A DNA stretch of 64,000 nucleotides from Gemmatimonadota bacterium. Lineage in GTDB: Bacteria; Gemmatimonadota; Gemmatimonadetes; Longimicrobiales; Gaopeijiaceae. The stretch covers positions 5,138 to 69,137 of the forward strand of contig SKJY01000097.1 of the NCBI GenBank assembly GCA_007121775.1, written 5' to 3'. A program made the position numbers and the translations under genes. The notes under the pieces are model-generated. The model searched no databases and was not told the DNA's origin. It worked only from the letters and a program-made list of their open reading frames with translations. Shown here piece after piece: positions 28,623 through 41,072 of this stretch; the stretch's first letter is position 1; each line of letters begins with the position of its first letter.

Positions 28623-30731
28623 ATGATCCCGCACTCCCAAAGAAAGGAATCCACTGCAGTGAGTCCACCTTCTTCTTCGTCCGCCTCCGCGACCCCCAAG
28701 CCCAAGGAAGGCAGACTGCGGGTCCGCATCGAGAACATTCAGCCCCAGATCGACGGCGGCAGCTTCCCTGCCCGGGGGATCGTGGGCGACCGGTTCCATG
28801 TCGAAGCCGACATCTTCGCAGATGGCCACGATCGAATCGAGGCCCGCCTCCTCTATCGTCGCCTGGGCGCCCGGCGTTGGAGCGAAGCGCCCATGGAATT
28901 GCTGGGCAACGACCACTGGGTGGGCTCGTTCGATCTGGAGGAGTTGGGCGTCTACCAGTTCATGGTGGAGGGGTGGGTCGACCCCGTCACCACCTGGTGC
29001 TCGGAGCTGGAGCGATGGATCGAGGCCGGTGCCGACATCTCCCTGGAACTCCAGGAGGGGGCGGTACTTCTGGAGCGGGCGGCAGGGCGCGCCAAGGGTG
29101 ATGCCTCCCGGGAGTTGATGGGATGGGTGGAGAAGCTGAAGGGTTGGTCCCAGGATCCTGCCGTCCTCGCCGATCCGGAGGTCCTCCTCCAGGATCCCAT
29201 CCGCCTCACCGAGGCCGTCCTCCCTCTCTATCTCCCTTGGGCCGATCGCTCCTGGTCGACTCGGCCCCGACGGAGCCTGTCGGTGCGGGTGGACCGGGAG
29301 AGAGCCCGCTTCAGCTCTTGGTATGAGTTCTTCCCCCGGTCCACATCGGCTGAGGCGGGGGTGCACGGGACCTTTGCCGATGCCGCCCAGGCGCTACCTC
29401 GAATTCGGGACATGGGCTTCGACGTGGTCTACCTCCCCCCCATCCACCCGGTGGGTCATACGAACCGGAAGGGGCCGAACAACCGGGTCGTCTCGGCCCC
29501 TGGGGACCCGGGGAGCCCCTGGGCTATCGGCGGACCGGAGGGAGGGCATACCGCCGTCCACCCCGACCTGGGCACTCTGGATGACTTCCGCTCCTTCCGG
29601 GAGAGAGCCGAGGAACTGGGGATGGAGGTAGCGCTGGATGTGGCCTTCCAGTGCTCTCCCGACCATCCCTGGGTCAAGGAGCACCCCCAGTGGTTCCGGC
29701 ACCGGACGGACGGATCGATCCGCTACGCTGAGAACCCTCCCAAGAAGTACGAGGACATCTACCCAATCGACTTCGAGACCGACGACTGGGAGGCGCTCTG
29801 GGACGGGCTCCGGGATGTCTTCCTCTTCTGGATGGATCAGGGGGTGCGGATCTTCCGGGTGGACAATCCCCACACCAAGGCCTTCCCCTTCTGGGAGTGG
29901 TTGATCCAGGAACTCCTGGCTGCGGATCCCGGGGTCATCCTCCTCTCGGAGGCCTTCACCCGGCCCCGGCGCATGTATCATCTGGCCAAGGTAGGCTTCC
30001 ACCAGTCCTACACCTACTTCGCCTGGCGTGACACCGGCCCGGAGCTTGCTGAGTACATGCGGGAACTCCAGAGCCAGGGTGTGCGAGAGTTCTTCCGACC
30101 CAATTTCTGGCCCAACACGCCGGATATCCTCACGGAGACGCTCCAGACCGGAGGGCGCCCCGCCTTCATGGTGCGGCTGGTGCTGGCCGCTACCCTCACC
30201 GCCAACTACGGGATCTACGGCCCCACCTTCGAACTCCTGGAGCACATCCCGCGGGAAGAGGGGAGCGAGGAGTATCTGGATTCAGAGAAGTACCAGCTCC
30301 GGAGTTGGGACCTGGACAGACCCGGAAACCTCACCGAGTTCATAGCCCGGGTGAACCGGATCCGACGAGAGAACGCTCCCCTCCAGCGGAACGACGGGAT
30401 CCGGTTCCATCCCTCGGACAACGAGACGCTCCTGGTGTTCAGCAAGTCGGCCCCGGAGGTCGAGGATCGCATCGTGGTGGTGGTGAACACGGACCACCGA
30501 TTCGTTCAGAGTGGGTGGATCGACCTGGACCTGGCTGCGTTGGGGCTTGAGGGAGTGGGGGAATACCAGGTTCACGACCTGCTGGCCGGTGGCCGCTACA
30601 CTTGGAGTGCCGGGCCCAACTTCGTCCGACTGGACCCCGGTGTGTGTCCGGCTCATATCTTCAGGATCGAAGCTCCGGCCACCGGGATCGGGACCGCCCC
30701 GGGAGCGCCGGCCTCGGAACCCCACGCCTGA
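28623..30731 (+). CDS. glgE: Alpha-1,4-glucan:maltose-1-phosphate maltosyltransferase
   Basis: ...[36 protein letters not shown]...[13 protein letters not shown]...[13 protein letters not shown]...GSPWAIG...[10 protein letters not shown]...[14 protein letters not shown] are hallmark GlgE motifs. Confidence 0.93.
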   Translation: MIPHSQRKESTAVSPPSSSSASATPKPKEGRLRVRIENIQPQIDGGSFPARGIVGDRFHVEADIFADGHDRIEARLLYRRLGARRWSEAPMELLGNDHWVGSFDLEELGVYQFMVEGWVDPVTTWCSELERWIEAGADISLELQEGAVLLERAAGRAKGDASRELMGWVEKLKGWSQDPAVLADPEVLLQDPIRLTEAVLPLYLPWADRSWSTRPRRSLSVRVDRERARFSSWYEFFPRSTSAEAGVHGTFADAAQALPRIRDMGFDVVYLPPIHPVGHTNRKGPNNRVVSAPGDPGSPWAIGGPEGGHTAVHPDLGTLDDFRSFRERAEELGMEVALDVAFQCSPDHPWVKEHPQWFRHRTDGSIRYAENPPKKYEDIYPIDFETDDWEALWDGLRDVFLFWMDQGVRIFRVDNPHTKAFPFWEWLIQELLAADPGVILLSEAFTRPRRMYHLAKVGFHQSYTYFAWRDTGPELAEYMRELQSQGVREFFRPNFWPNTPDILTETLQTGGRPAFMVRLVLAATLTANYGIYGPTFELLEHIPREEGSEEYLDSEKYQLRSWDLDRPGNLTEFIARVNRIRRENAPLQRNDGIRFHPSDNETLLVFSKSAPEVEDRIVVVVNTDHRFVQSGWIDLDLAALGLEGVGEYQVHDLLAGGRYTWSAGPNFVRLDPGVCPAHIFRIEAPATGIGTAPGAPASEPHA

Positions 30732-30831
30732 ACTCACTGTTGAAATAACCCGGGATGTGCCGACTCCACGGCCATCCTCATCGCAACCCGCCCCTCACCA
30801 AGGGGCTTTTCACCCCCGGAGACCTTACTCC

Positions 30832-33800
30832 ATGCCCCGTAGATTCGGCTCCGCTGCCCGGGCCATCGATACCGAAGCCCCCGTCCTCTCCGATGATCCC
30901 CAGTGGTACCGGGACGCCGTCATCTACGAACTCCACGTTCGCTCATTCAAGGACTCGAACGGCGACGGGATCGGCGATTTCAAGGGCCTCACCAGCAAGC
31001 TGGACTATTTGGAGGAGTTAGGGGTGACGGCGCTCTGGATCCTCCCCTTCTACCCGTCTCCCCTCCGGGACGACGGGTACGACATCGCCAGCTACCGGGA
31101 GGTAAACCCGGATTACGGCACCCTGGAAGATTTCCAGCACTTCCTCTCCGAGGCCCATCGGCGGGGACTGCGGGTCATCACCGAGTTGGTCATCAACCAC
31201 ACATCGGACCAACACCCCTGGTTCCAGCGGGCCCGCCGGGCGCCCAGAGGGAGCGCGGAGCGGGACTTCTACGTCTGGAGCGACGACCCCGAAAAGTATG
31301 GGGACACCCGGATCATCTTCCAGGACTTCGAGCCCTCCAACTGGAGTTGGGATCCGGTGGCGGGCCAGTACTACTGGCACCGCTTCTACCATCATCAGCC
31401 CGACCTGAACTTCGAAAATCCCCGGGTCCAGGAGGAACTCTTCTCCATCCTGGATTTCTGGCTCGAGATGGGGGTCGATGGGCTCCGCCTCGACGCCATC
31501 CCGTACCTGTACGAACGGGAGGGGACAAACTGCGAGAACCTCCCGGAGACCCACGACTTCCTGAAGAAGCTCCGGGCCCACGTGGATGCGCACTTCCCGA
31601 ATCGGATGCTCCTGGCGGAAGCGAACCAGTGGCCCGAGGACGCCGCCTCCTACTTCGGCGACGGGGACGAGTGCCACATGAACTTCCACTTCCCCCTCAT
31701 GCCGCGGCTCTTCATGGCGGCGAGGATGGAAGACCGCTTCCCCATCCGGGACATCCTGGACCAGACGCCGGAGATTCCCGAGGGGTGCCAGTGGGGCCTC
31801 TTCCTGCGGAATCACGACGAACTGACGCTGGAGATGGTGACCGACGAGGAGCGGGACTACATGTACCGGGTCTATGCCGAAGACACCACGGCCCGGATCA
31901 ACCTGGGGATCCGCCGGCGCCTGGCCCCACTCCTTCAGAACAACCGCAGGCAGATCGAGCTCCTGAACTCCCTTCTCCTCTCCCTTCCCGGAACTCCCAT
32001 CCTGTACTACGGGGACGAGATCGGGATGGGCGACAATTTCTACCTGGGAGACCGGCATGGAGTACGGACCCCCATGCAGTGGGTGGGAGACCGCAATGCG
32101 GGCTTCTCGGTAGCCAACCCCCAGCGCCTCTTCCTCCCGGTCATCATCGACCCGGAGTACCACTACGAGGCGGTGAATGTGGAGGCCCAGCAGCGCAACC
32201 CCACCTCCCTGTTGTGGTGGATGCGTCGGATCATCGCCCTCCGCAAGCGCCACCAGGCCTTCGGACGGGGGTCCCTGGAGTGGGTGGAACACGACAACGG
32301 GAAGGTGGTGGCCTACCTTCGCCGCCATGAGGAGGAGACCATCCTGGTGGTGGCCAACCTCTCCCGCTTCGCCCAGCCCGTGGCGCTGGAGCTCGGGGCC
32401 CATGCCGGCCGGGTGCCCCTGGAACTCTTCGGTCACACCGCCTTCCCGGAGATTGAGGACGACGAGCCGTATGCCCTGACCCTGCCGCCCCACGGCTTCC
32501 TCTGGTTTGCCCTGGAAACGGAAGAAGCGCTCCGGGATCGCCGGGAGGTCCCCCCTGCGGCGGAGCGCGATCCCGGTCGCCTCGTGGCCGTCCGTTCGCG
32601 GCGGCGGTGGGATGATGTTCTGGAGGGCCGTCGGCGCCGGAAGGTGGAACCGCTCCTGGTGGAGTTCCTCCGGGGGCAGCGCTGGTTCGCCGGAAAGGGC
32701 CGGGTGATCCGGAAGGGTGAGATCCTGGACGCCATACCGGTGGGCCCCGACGGAGTGGTTGGTAGCCTGGTGCTCCTGGAGGTGGAGTACGTGGCGCAGG
32801 ACCCGGAGATCTATCTGATCCCCCTGGCCCACGCCCAGGGCGATGAGGCGGTGGAGGTGGTGGAAGAGCGCCCCGGGAGCGTGGTCTGGCGAGCCGTGGT
32901 GGGCGAGGGTGACGGAGAGGAGGGGGTGGTCTTCGACGGATCTTTCGATGCCGACTTCTCCCGGCACCTCCTGGACACGGTGGCCCAAGGGACTCAGCTC
33001 GCGGGAGATCGGGTGGGGCTCCGTGGCATTCCCCTGATTCCCGCCCAGGAGATCCTTGGCCAGGGAGACGGGGACCGGACTCCGGTCCCTGGCAGGGCAG
33101 AACAGAGCAACACCTCGGTGGTCTTCGACCGGGAACTCATCCTGAAGCTCTTCCGGCGCATCGAAACCGGAATCAACCCGGACCGGGAGATCGGGCAGCT
33201 TCTGCAGGAGGTGGGCTTCGACGGTACCCCCGAGATGGTGGGGGCCCTGGAGTTCGAGGGAAGGGAGCGGGCCCGGGCCGCCTGCGCGGTGGTGCACCGC
33301 TTCGTGCCAAACCAGGGCGATGCGTGGGAGTACACCCGAGACGCCCTGGGGCGGTACTTCGAGACGGCGCTGGCCTCGGACTCGGAGTTGGAGGAACTCC
33401 CCCTGGCCGGGGACATCCTGGCGCTGGCCAGGGAGCGGCTGGCCGGCTCTGAACTCCCCGAAGAGACCTACCGCCTCATCGGCGGCCCCTATCTGGATTC
33501 GGCCCGGCGAATCGGAGCCCGAACCGCCGAACTCCACGTGGCGCTGGCATCTCGCCCGGACAACGAGGCCTTCCGCCCCGAGCCCTTCTCCACCCTCTAC
33601 CAGCGGTCCCTCTATCAGTCCATCCGGAATCTGCTGGGCACGTCGCTACAGGGGTTGGCCTCCCGGATCAGCGCGCTGGGCGAGGAGGAAGCGGAGATGG
33701 CCGGGATGATCCTCCGTTCCCGCCCCCGACTCCTCGAGCGCTTCCAGGCCCTCCTGGAGCGGAAGTTCGATGGGCGGCGGATCCGGGTCCACGGGGATTA

Positions 33801-34350
33801 TCACCTTGGCCAGGTCCTCTTCACCGGGAAGGACTTCCAGATCATCGACTTCGAGGGCGAGCCGGACCGCCCCATCGGTGAGCGCCGCATCAAGCGGTCG
33901 CCCTTGAGGGATGTGGGTGGGATGCTCCGCTCCTTTGACTACGCCGCCTGGGCCATCCTCCGAGACCTCCCGGAACAGGGGCTCATCTCCGACGCAGCCG
34001 ACCCCCGGGCCCGGCGTCTCGCCCGTTTCTGGAGCGGGTGGGTGTCGGTGGAGTTCCTGGCCGGATATCTGGGGACGGAGGGGATCCAGGCGCTCCTGCC
34101 GGTGCGCTCCCGGGCCCAGCGTCGCCTGCTGGATCTGTTCATTCTGGAGAAGGCCCTCTACGAGCTCCGCTACGAGTTGAACAATCGGCCGGACTGGGCC
34201 TGGATCCCCCTCTCGGGAATTGTGGGCCTCCTGGAGGAGGGCGAACTGGCCGCAGACGCTGATGTGTCCACCATCCCGGGAGACAGGAGGTCCGCCCATG
34301 GCGGGCCCACCGGCTCCGGAGACGAGGGGGAGGGCCAGGTTGACTCCTGA
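30832..34350 (+). CDS. treS: Fused trehalose synthase / maltokinase (TreS-Pep2)
   Basis: The N-terminal ~560 aa are a GH13 TreS domain: [26 protein letters not shown]...[12 protein letters not shown]...[10 protein letters not shown]...[11 protein letters not shown]...[11 protein letters not shown]. The C-terminal ~550 aa are a maltokinase-type kinase: ...[20 protein letters not shown]...[15 protein letters not shown]...[11 protein letters not shown] at 30832. Confidence 0.93.
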   Translation: MPRRFGSAARAIDTEAPVLSDDPQWYRDAVIYELHVRSFKDSNGDGIGDFKGLTSKLDYLEELGVTALWILPFYPSPLRDDGYDIASYREVNPDYGTLEDFQHFLSEAHRRGLRVITELVINHTSDQHPWFQRARRAPRGSAERDFYVWSDDPEKYGDTRIIFQDFEPSNWSWDPVAGQYYWHRFYHHQPDLNFENPRVQEELFSILDFWLEMGVDGLRLDAIPYLYEREGTNCENLPETHDFLKKLRAHVDAHFPNRMLLAEANQWPEDAASYFGDGDECHMNFHFPLMPRLFMAARMEDRFPIRDILDQTPEIPEGCQWGLFLRNHDELTLEMVTDEERDYMYRVYAEDTTARINLGIRRRLAPLLQNNRRQIELLNSLLLSLPGTPILYYGDEIGMGDNFYLGDRHGVRTPMQWVGDRNAGFSVANPQRLFLPVIIDPEYHYEAVNVEAQQRNPTSLLWWMRRIIALRKRHQAFGRGSLEWVEHDNGKVVAYLRRHEEETILVVANLSRFAQPVALELGAHAGRVPLELFGHTAFPEIEDDEPYALTLPPHGFLWFALETEEALRDRREVPPAAERDPGRLVAVRSRRRWDDVLEGRRRRKVEPLLVEFLRGQRWFAGKGRVIRKGEILDAIPVGPDGVVGSLVLLEVEYVAQDPEIYLIPLAHAQGDEAVEVVEERPGSVVWRAVVGEGDGEEGVVFDGSFDADFSRHLLDTVAQGTQLAGDRVGLRGIPLIPAQEILGQGDGDRTPVPGRAEQSNTSVVFDRELILKLFRRIETGINPDREIGQLLQEVGFDGTPEMVGALEFEGRERARAACAVVHRFVPNQGDAWEYTRDALGRYFETALASDSELEELPLAGDILALARERLAGSELPEETYRLIGGPYLDSARRIGARTAELHVALASRPDNEAFRPEPFSTLYQRSLYQSIRNLLGTSLQGLASRISALGEEEAEMAGMILRSRPRLLERFQALLERKFDGRRIRVHGDYHLGQVLFTGKDFQIIDFEGEPDRPIGERRIKRSPLRDVGGMLRSFDYAAWAILRDLPEQGLISDAADPRARRLARFWSGWVSVEFLAGYLGTEGIQALLPVRSRAQRRLLDLFILEKALYELRYELNNRPDWAWIPLSGIVGLLEEGELAADADVSTIPGDRRSAHGGPTGSGDEGEGQVDS

Positions 34351-37300
34351 CCCAGGAGCGCGCCATCCCCCGTCCGCCCCCCCCCGGAATGCCCTCCAGG
34401 CCCTGGCGCTGGAGCGTGGGATTCAGCTCCGGCACCAAGATGGGTTCGAGAAGGAGGTTGAGCCCGACGATGAGACCCTTCGGGCCATCCTCCGCGCCAT
34501 GGGCGATGCGGTTCCGGACGAGGAGACGGCGCGACGCCTCCTGAGGGACAGCCTGGCAGATGGGGCCGGGACGCTACTGGAACCTATGCAGGTGCTCTGG
34601 GAGGGAGCCCCCGCCAGGATCCGCGTCGGGGAGGGGCTCCAGGAAGAGATCCCTCTGGAGGTGCGGCTGGAGCTCCAGATGGACGAGGAGGTGCAGGTCG
34701 TCGAGTTCAAGGCCCAGGTCCGGAACCGCAGCGTGCCCCTCCCGGTGATTCCAGGGCCGGGCTACCATGGGATCCAGATCCGCCGCCGCACGGCGAGGAC
34801 GGACCGGTGGGAGTCGGAGGGGATGCTGGTGGTCGCCCCACCCCGGGTGTACGGAGCCGGGGGGGAGGTTTCTCCGGAGTGGAGCGCCTTTCTCCCCCTG
34901 TACGCCCTGGGTTCCCAGCGGAACCGGGGTGTGGGTGACCTCACCGACCTGGAGCGGCTTCTCCGGTGGGTGGAGGGGTTGGGGGGGGGTTCGGTGGCCA
35001 CCCTACCCCTCATGGCGGCCTTCCTGGATGACCCGCTGGAGCCCAGTCCGTATGCGCCGGTAAGCCGGACCTTCTGGAACGAGCTCTACCTGGATCCCAC
35101 CCGGGTCCCCGAGTGGGAGGCGTCCCCCGAAGCCCGCCGTATCCTGGAATCCGCCCAGGCCGAGGGTCTCCTCACCCGGCTCCGGAAGGGCGACCAGGTA
35201 CCGTACCGAGAAGTCTGGGAACTTCAGCGCCTGCTCCTGGATCAGCTGTCGGCGGTCTGGGCCCGAACCCTTCCCGAGGCCTCGCGTCTGGAGGAGTTGC
35301 AGGAGGGTGGGTTTCGTCGCTTCCTCAAGCAGTATCCCGATGCTCCCCGCTACGCCGCCTTTCGGGGCGTCGTTGAGGCGGGGGCGGGGGATTGGCGATC
35401 GTGGCCGGAGGTGTGGCGACGTGACGGGATCCCCGACACGATCCCGGACGCCGTGGCATTCCGTCGCCACCTCTATGCCCAGTTCCGCTTCGTCCACCAG
35501 TTGGAAGAGGTTCTCCCCAGGTCGGGGGACCGGGCAGGGCTCTACCTGGACCTTCCCCTTGGGGCTCACCCATCGGGCTACGATCTCTGGGCGAACCCGG
35601 ACCTTTTCGCCGAAGGGGCCGCCCTCGGGGCTCCACCGGACGGATTCCACGAGGAGGGACAGAGTTGGGGTCTTCCGCCCATCCTCCCCCAGGCAGCACG
35701 ACACGAAGGCTATCGGCATCTCCGGAGGATCCTCAATCGGCTGCTCCCCCACGCCAGGATCCTCCGGATCGATCACGTCATGGGGCTTCACCGGCTCTAC
35801 TGGGTACCAGATGGGAAGACGGCGGTGGACGGCGCATATGTGGGCTACCCGGCGGAGGAGCTCTACGCCATCCTCGCCGTGGAATCGCACCGCCACCAAA
35901 CGATCCTGGTGGGGGAGGACCTGGGAACGGTGCCTCCGGAGGTGCGGGCCGGGATGGATCGGCGGGGACTCCGCCGCATGTATGTGGTTCCCTTCGAATT
36001 CTCCCGCCGGCGGCCCGGGGCCCTCCGGTCGGTGCCACCAGGCTCTGTGGCCGGCGTCGGCACCCACGATACCCCCCCCTTCGCCGCCCTCTGGCGTGAG
36101 GACGGGATCCGGGAGGGGCTCCAGGCCTTCTGCAGTGAGTCCGGCCCCGCCGACGCCTCCCAGGAAGACCCCCTGGCCGTCCTTCGCCGCGTCCTGGCCT
36201 GGCTCGGCAAAGGCCCTGCCGGCGTGGTGGTGGTGAACCTGGAAGACCTATGGCTCGAAGAGCGGCCACAGAACCGGCCCGGCACGACCGGCGAGTGGAA
36301 CTGGAGCCGCCGGGCCCGGTTCCCGCTGGAGGCCTTCACCACGGCGGCCTCCGTGGAATCGTCGCTTCGAGCCCTCGACAGGGCCCGCCGATTGGCCCCG
36401 TCCCCCACGGGACTGCCCCGCCCCGGCACCACCCCTTCGGAACCCGTTGTCCCAGAAGAAAGGAGTCCAGACGTGACAGAGCCCACCCCCCCCGCACGGC
36501 CGGGCGTCAAGGCCGACGTCAGAGCGTCCATGCTCACGGAAGAGGACCTTTACCTCTTCAACGAGGGCTCCCATCTCCAGCTTCATCGAAAGCTCGGTGC
36601 CCAGCTCTCCAAGGACCCCGACCGCCCTGGCGTGAACTTCGCCGTCTGGGCCCCCAATGCCGAGAGTGTCTCGGTGGTGGGCGACTTCAATGACTGGACT
36701 GCCGGCCACCACCCCCTTGAGCCCCGGGGCAGCTCCGGGATCTGGGAGGGCTTCATCCCGGAGGCCGGGCGGGGCAGCGTCTACAAGTACCACATCCGCT
36801 CCACGGTGGGAGGCTACACCGTCCAGAAGGCGGATCCCTACGGATTCCGCCACGAGACCCCGCCCGCCACCGCATCCGTGGTCTGGGACCTGCACTACGA
36901 TTGGGGTGATGAGGACTGGATGGCGCGTCGCGGCCGGGAAGCCGGAGCCCAGGCACCCGTCTCCGTCTACGAGGTTCACCTGGCCTCGTGGCGGAGAGAC
37001 CCCTCGGACCCCCGTCGTTTCCGTAGCTACCGGGAGTTGGCGGTGGAGCTGGCGGAGTACGTGAAGGAGATGGGATTCACCCACGTTGAGCTCCTCCCCA
37101 TCATGGAACACCCGTTCTACGGCTCCTGGGGGTACCAGACCACCGGATACTTTGCTCCATCCAGCCGCCAGGGGTCACCCCAGGACCTCATGTTCCTCAT
37201 CGACACCCTCCACCAGGCGGGAGTGGGCGTGATCCTGGACTGGGTGCCCTCCCACTTCCCCACCGATGAGCACGGCCTGGCCTTCTTCGATGGGACCCAC

Positions 37301-38419
37301 CTCTTCGAGCACTCGGACCCGCGTCAGGGTTTCCACCCGGATTGGGAGAGCGCCATCTTCAACTATGGTCGGAACGAGGTTCGTTCCTTCCTCCTCAGCA
37401 GCGCCCTCTTCTGGCTTGAGCACTACCATGTGGATGGAATCCGGGTGGATGCAGTGGCTTCCATGCTCTACCTGGACTACTCCCGCAAGGAAGGGGAGTG
37501 GATCCCGAATCGGTTCGGAGGAAGGGAGAATCTGGAGGCCATCGACTTCCTTCGCCGACTGAACACCGAGATCTACGCCGCCTATCCCGACGTCCACACC
37601 ATTGCCGAGGAATCCACCGCCTGGCCCATGGTCTCCCGCCCCACCTACGTGGGAGGCCTGGGGTTCGGGATGAAGTGGGACATGGGGTGGATGCACGATT
37701 CCCTCCAGTACATCTCCAGAGATCCGATTCACCGCCGACACCATCATGAGGAGCTGACCTTCCGGGGGATCTACGCCTTCAACGAGAACTTCATGCTCCC
37801 CCTCTCGCACGACGAGGTGGTCCATGGGAAGGGGTCTCTCCTGGGTCGGATGCCTGGCAACGACTGGGAGAAGCGGGCCAACCTGCGGCTGCTCCTGGGG
37901 TGGCAGTACCTGCAGCCCGGGAAGAAGCTACTCTTCATGGGCGGTGAGATCGGTCAGTGGAAGGAGTGGAATCATGAGAGCGGGTTGGACTGGCACCTGC
38001 TGGACGATCCTGGCCACCGGGGCCTCCAGCGTCTGGTCCGGGACCTGAATCGGTTGTACCGTGGAGAGCCTTCTCTCCACAGCTCGGACTTCGAACCGGA
38101 CGGTTTCCAATGGATCGATGCCAGCGATCGGGACCAGAGTGTCCTGGCTTTCCTCCGAAAGGAGCCGAGCGGGGATGCGCCTCCGGTCCTGGCCGTCTTC
38201 AACTTCACTCCGGTTCCCCGGCAGAATCACCGGATCGGGGTGCCGAAGGGGGGGCGGTGGGCCGAGGTGCTGAATACCGACGCCGCGGCCTACGGTGGCG
38301 GTGGGTGGGGGAACCTGGGGGGAGTGGATGCCGTGCCTATCCCCTTTCATGCCCAGGATCACTCGGTGGTCCTGACGCTGCCCCCCCTCTCCATGTTGGT
38401 GCTGAGGACAAAGGGCTGA
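34298..38419 (+). CDS. Single ORF encoding 4-alpha-glucanotransferase (GH77 MalQ) fused to 1,4-alpha-glucan branching enzyme (GH13_9 GlgB)
   Basis: ATG at 34298 with AGGAGG at 34285-34290. MalQ part: ...[20 protein letters not shown]...[18 protein letters not shown]...[15 protein letters not shown]...GEDLGTVP...THDTPP. A Pro-rich linker follows (~36400-36530). GlgB part, from [24 protein letters not shown]: ...[10 protein letters not shown]...[12 protein letters not shown]...[15 protein letters not shown]...IAEESTAWP...[10 protein letters not shown]. There is no in-frame stop between the two halves. Confidence 0.85.
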   Translation: MAGPPAPETRGRARLTPDPGARHPPSAPPRNALQALALERGIQLRHQDGFEKEVEPDDETLRAILRAMGDAVPDEETARRLLRDSLADGAGTLLEPMQVLWEGAPARIRVGEGLQEEIPLEVRLELQMDEEVQVVEFKAQVRNRSVPLPVIPGPGYHGIQIRRRTARTDRWESEGMLVVAPPRVYGAGGEVSPEWSAFLPLYALGSQRNRGVGDLTDLERLLRWVEGLGGGSVATLPLMAAFLDDPLEPSPYAPVSRTFWNELYLDPTRVPEWEASPEARRILESAQAEGLLTRLRKGDQVPYREVWELQRLLLDQLSAVWARTLPEASRLEELQEGGFRRFLKQYPDAPRYAAFRGVVEAGAGDWRSWPEVWRRDGIPDTIPDAVAFRRHLYAQFRFVHQLEEVLPRSGDRAGLYLDLPLGAHPSGYDLWANPDLFAEGAALGAPPDGFHEEGQSWGLPPILPQAARHEGYRHLRRILNRLLPHARILRIDHVMGLHRLYWVPDGKTAVDGAYVGYPAEELYAILAVESHRHQTILVGEDLGTVPPEVRAGMDRRGLRRMYVVPFEFSRRRPGALRSVPPGSVAGVGTHDTPPFAALWREDGIREGLQAFCSESGPADASQEDPLAVLRRVLAWLGKGPAGVVVVNLEDLWLEERPQNRPGTTGEWNWSRRARFPLEAFTTAASVESSLRALDRARRLAPSPTGLPRPGTTPSEPVVPEERSPDVTEPTPPARPGVKADVRASMLTEEDLYLFNEGSHLQLHRKLGAQLSKDPDRPGVNFAVWAPNAESVSVVGDFNDWTAGHHPLEPRGSSGIWEGFIPEAGRGSVYKYHIRSTVGGYTVQKADPYGFRHETPPATASVVWDLHYDWGDEDWMARRGREAGAQAPVSVYEVHLASWRRDPSDPRRFRSYRELAVELAEYVKEMGFTHVELLPIMEHPFYGSWGYQTTGYFAPSSRQGSPQDLMFLIDTLHQAGVGVILDWVPSHFPTDEHGLAFFDGTHLFEHSDPRQGFHPDWESAIFNYGRNEVRSFLLSSALFWLEHYHVDGIRVDAVASMLYLDYSRKEGEWIPNRFGGRENLEAIDFLRRLNTEIYAAYPDVHTIAEESTAWPMVSRPTYVGGLGFGMKWDMGWMHDSLQYISRDPIHRRHHHEELTFRGIYAFNENFMLPLSHDEVVHGKGSLLGRMPGNDWEKRANLRLLLGWQYLQPGKKLLFMGGEIGQWKEWNHESGLDWHLLDDPGHRGLQRLVRDLNRLYRGEPSLHSSDFEPDGFQWIDASDRDQSVLAFLRKEPSGDAPPVLAVFNFTPVPRQNHRIGVPKGGRWAEVLNTDAAAYGGGGWGNLGGVDAVPIPFHAQDHSVVLTLPPLSMLVLRTKG

Positions 38420-38477
38420 TCCGGGGCTACCTCCCCGGACTGGGAACTCCCCTGGAACGAGCAATGAGTCGGGAATC

Positions 38478-40979
38478 GTGAGCGAACGCTACGTCTGCAT
38501 CCACGGTCACTTCTATCAGCCGCCCCGAGAGAACCCCTGGCTCGAGGAGATCCTCCGCCAGGAATCGGCGCACCCCTACCATGACTGGAATGAGCGGATA
38601 GACAAGGAGTCCTATGCCCCCAACGCCTTCTCCCGGATCCTCAACGAGCGGGGTCTGATTTCCCGCATCGTCAACAACTACGCCCGGATCAGCTTCAACT
38701 TCGGCCCCACCCTCCTGCAGTGGATGGAGAAGGCGGCGCCGGATACCTATCAGGCGATCCTGGAGGCGGATCGCAGGAGCGCCGAACACTTCAGCGGACA
38801 TGGATCGGCCATTGCCCAGGCCTACAACCACATGATCCTCCCGCTGGCGAACCGCCGTGACAAGCAGACCCAGATCCTCTGGGGGATCCGGGACTTCGAG
38901 AACCGCTTCCGCCGCTTTCCGCAGGGTATGTGGCTCCCTGAGACCGCAGTGGATGTGGAGTCGCTGGAGCTCATGGCCGAGGCGGGAATCCGCTTCACCA
39001 TCCTGGCCCCGCGGCAGGCAGAGGCGGTCCGGCCTCCGGACCACGACGGTTGGATCGATGTGCGGGGTGAGCGCGTCGATCCGTCCCGGGCATACCGGGT
39101 ACCGCTGCCGTCAGGGCGAAGCATTGCGGTCTTCTTCTACGATGGGGGGCTCTCCCGGGCGGTGGCCTTTGAGCGGCTTCTGAGCGACGGGCACACCCTG
39201 GCGCGTCGCCTCATGGATGCTGGTGGCAGCGCCCGGGGTCCCGGATCCCTGAACCATATCGCCACCGACGGTGAGACCTACGGGCACCACCATCGACACG
39301 GCGAGATGGCGCTTTCCTACGCCCTCAAGATCATTGAAGACAGCCGGAATGTTCGGCTGACCAACTACGCCGAATATCTGGAACGGCAGCCCCCGACCTG
39401 GGAGGCCAGGATCCTGGAAGACTCGTCGTGGAGCTGCGTCCACGGGGTCGAGCGCTGGCGCTCCGACTGCGGGTGCAGCGACGGGAGCAATGCCGAGTGG
39501 CGACAGAGCTGGCGGAAGCCCCTCCGGGAGGCCCTGGACCAACTGAGGGACCGCCTGAATCCCGCCTATGAACAGGCGTGCAAGGGTCTTCTGAACGACC
39601 CTTGGGGGGCGAGGGACCGCTACATCGATGTGGTCCTGGATCGGGATCATGGAAATGTGGCCGGGTTCCTGGAGCGTGAGGCCGGGCGCCCCCTGGATCA
39701 AGGGGAGACCGTCCGGGCGCTTAAGCTCCTGGAGCTCCAGCGCAACGCCATGCTCATGTATACCAGTTGCGGCTGGTTCTTCGACGATCTGGGGCGCATT
39801 GAGACGCTCCAGGTACTCCGGTATGCTGCCCGGGCCATCCAACTCTACGACGTCCTCTTCACCGAGGATGTGGAGGAGGAATTCCTGGGGCTCCTGGCCC
39901 GAGCCCGGAGCAGCGTCACCGGCCTGGGGTCCGGAGCGGACCTCTACCGCACGCGGATCGCACCGGAGCGGATGGGGCTTGACCGGGTGGGAGCCCACCA
40001 CGCGGTCTCGTCCATCTTCAGGAACGGCGATAACGGGGTGGGCACCGAGCACCGGATCTACTGCTACTCGGTGAGGGTGGACGAACACCAGCGCCTGACG
40101 GCGGGAGGGATTCGCTTTGAGCTGGGGCGACTTCGGGTGACCTCCGTGATCACTCGCTCAACGGAACGGTTCAGCTACGGCGTGCTCCACATGGGCGATC
40201 ACCACCTGGTGGGGGGGGTGCGACCTCTGGGGAGCATGCCGGGCCACAGGGACCGGGTCGCCGACCTGGTGGACGCCTTCGAGAAAGGCTCCACGCTGGA
40301 CATCATTCGGTTCCTGGACCGGGACTTCAGCGCCTCCACCTACTCCCTCAACTCCCTGTTCCGGGACGAGCAGGAGCGTGTGGTCCACCGGATCCTTGAA
40401 ACGTCCCTCGGGGATGCGGAGCAGACCCTCGGCTCGCTGTATGAGAGTCGCATGCCCCTCATGAGATTCCTGGCGGACCTGAGCATCCCCCAGCCTCGTC
40501 CATTCCGGGCCGCCGGGGAGTTCGTGCTCAATACCCGGCTCGAACGGGCACTGAATGAGGATGAGCCCGATCCCGTCCGCCTGGAGAGTCTCTTCCATGA
40601 GGCGAAGCTCACCGGTCTCCGGGTGGATCGGGAAGTCCTGGGGCTTGCCGCCGGTGCCGCAGTGGAGCGCCTCCTTGTGAAGTTGGCCGAGGCGCCGGAT
40701 GATGCGGAACAGATGATCCGGACACGGCGCGTCCTGGACTTCATCCGCTCCCTGCCTTTCGCCACCGACCTCTGGAGGGCCCAGAACGTCTACTTCCGAC
40801 TCCTGGAAGATGAGTACCCGTACCGGATGGGGCGAGCCCAGGAGGGGGAAGGGGACGCCCGCTGGTGGCTGAAGGAGTGGGATGCCCTGGGCAGCGCCCT
40901 TGGGGTCGCCCTTCCGGCACTGGACCCGGAGGTCCTGGAGGCAGCCCCGCGCCGCCGCTCCTCCGACGTGGCGGGTTGA
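38478..40979 (+). CDS. GH57-family glycoside hydrolase with DUF3536-like C-terminal region
   Basis: GTG start. (M)SERYVCIHGHFYQPPRENPW...ISFNFGPTLLQWM...HMILPLAN...GMWLPETAV...ATDGETYGHHH are GH57 conserved regions. A ~400-aa helical C-terminal extension follows. Confidence 0.9.
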   Translation: MSERYVCIHGHFYQPPRENPWLEEILRQESAHPYHDWNERIDKESYAPNAFSRILNERGLISRIVNNYARISFNFGPTLLQWMEKAAPDTYQAILEADRRSAEHFSGHGSAIAQAYNHMILPLANRRDKQTQILWGIRDFENRFRRFPQGMWLPETAVDVESLELMAEAGIRFTILAPRQAEAVRPPDHDGWIDVRGERVDPSRAYRVPLPSGRSIAVFFYDGGLSRAVAFERLLSDGHTLARRLMDAGGSARGPGSLNHIATDGETYGHHHRHGEMALSYALKIIEDSRNVRLTNYAEYLERQPPTWEARILEDSSWSCVHGVERWRSDCGCSDGSNAEWRQSWRKPLREALDQLRDRLNPAYEQACKGLLNDPWGARDRYIDVVLDRDHGNVAGFLEREAGRPLDQGETVRALKLLELQRNAMLMYTSCGWFFDDLGRIETLQVLRYAARAIQLYDVLFTEDVEEEFLGLLARARSSVTGLGSGADLYRTRIAPERMGLDRVGAHHAVSSIFRNGDNGVGTEHRIYCYSVRVDEHQRLTAGGIRFELGRLRVTSVITRSTERFSYGVLHMGDHHLVGGVRPLGSMPGHRDRVADLVDAFEKGSTLDIIRFLDRDFSASTYSLNSLFRDEQERVVHRILETSLGDAEQTLGSLYESRMPLMRFLADLSIPQPRPFRAAGEFVLNTRLERALNEDEPDPVRLESLFHEAKLTGLRVDREVLGLAAGAAVERLLVKLAEAPDDAEQMIRTRRVLDFIRSLPFATDLWRAQNVYFRLLEDEYPYRMGRAQEGEGDARWWLKEWDALGSALGVALPALDPEVLEAAPRRRSSDVAG

Positions 40980-41072
40980 CCTGCGCGGCTCTGGAAGTTG
41001 TACTGAGTGAGCCGGACCACCGGCCTCACCACCTCCACCCTTTCCAATCCACCACCTGCTTCCGGGAGATCC

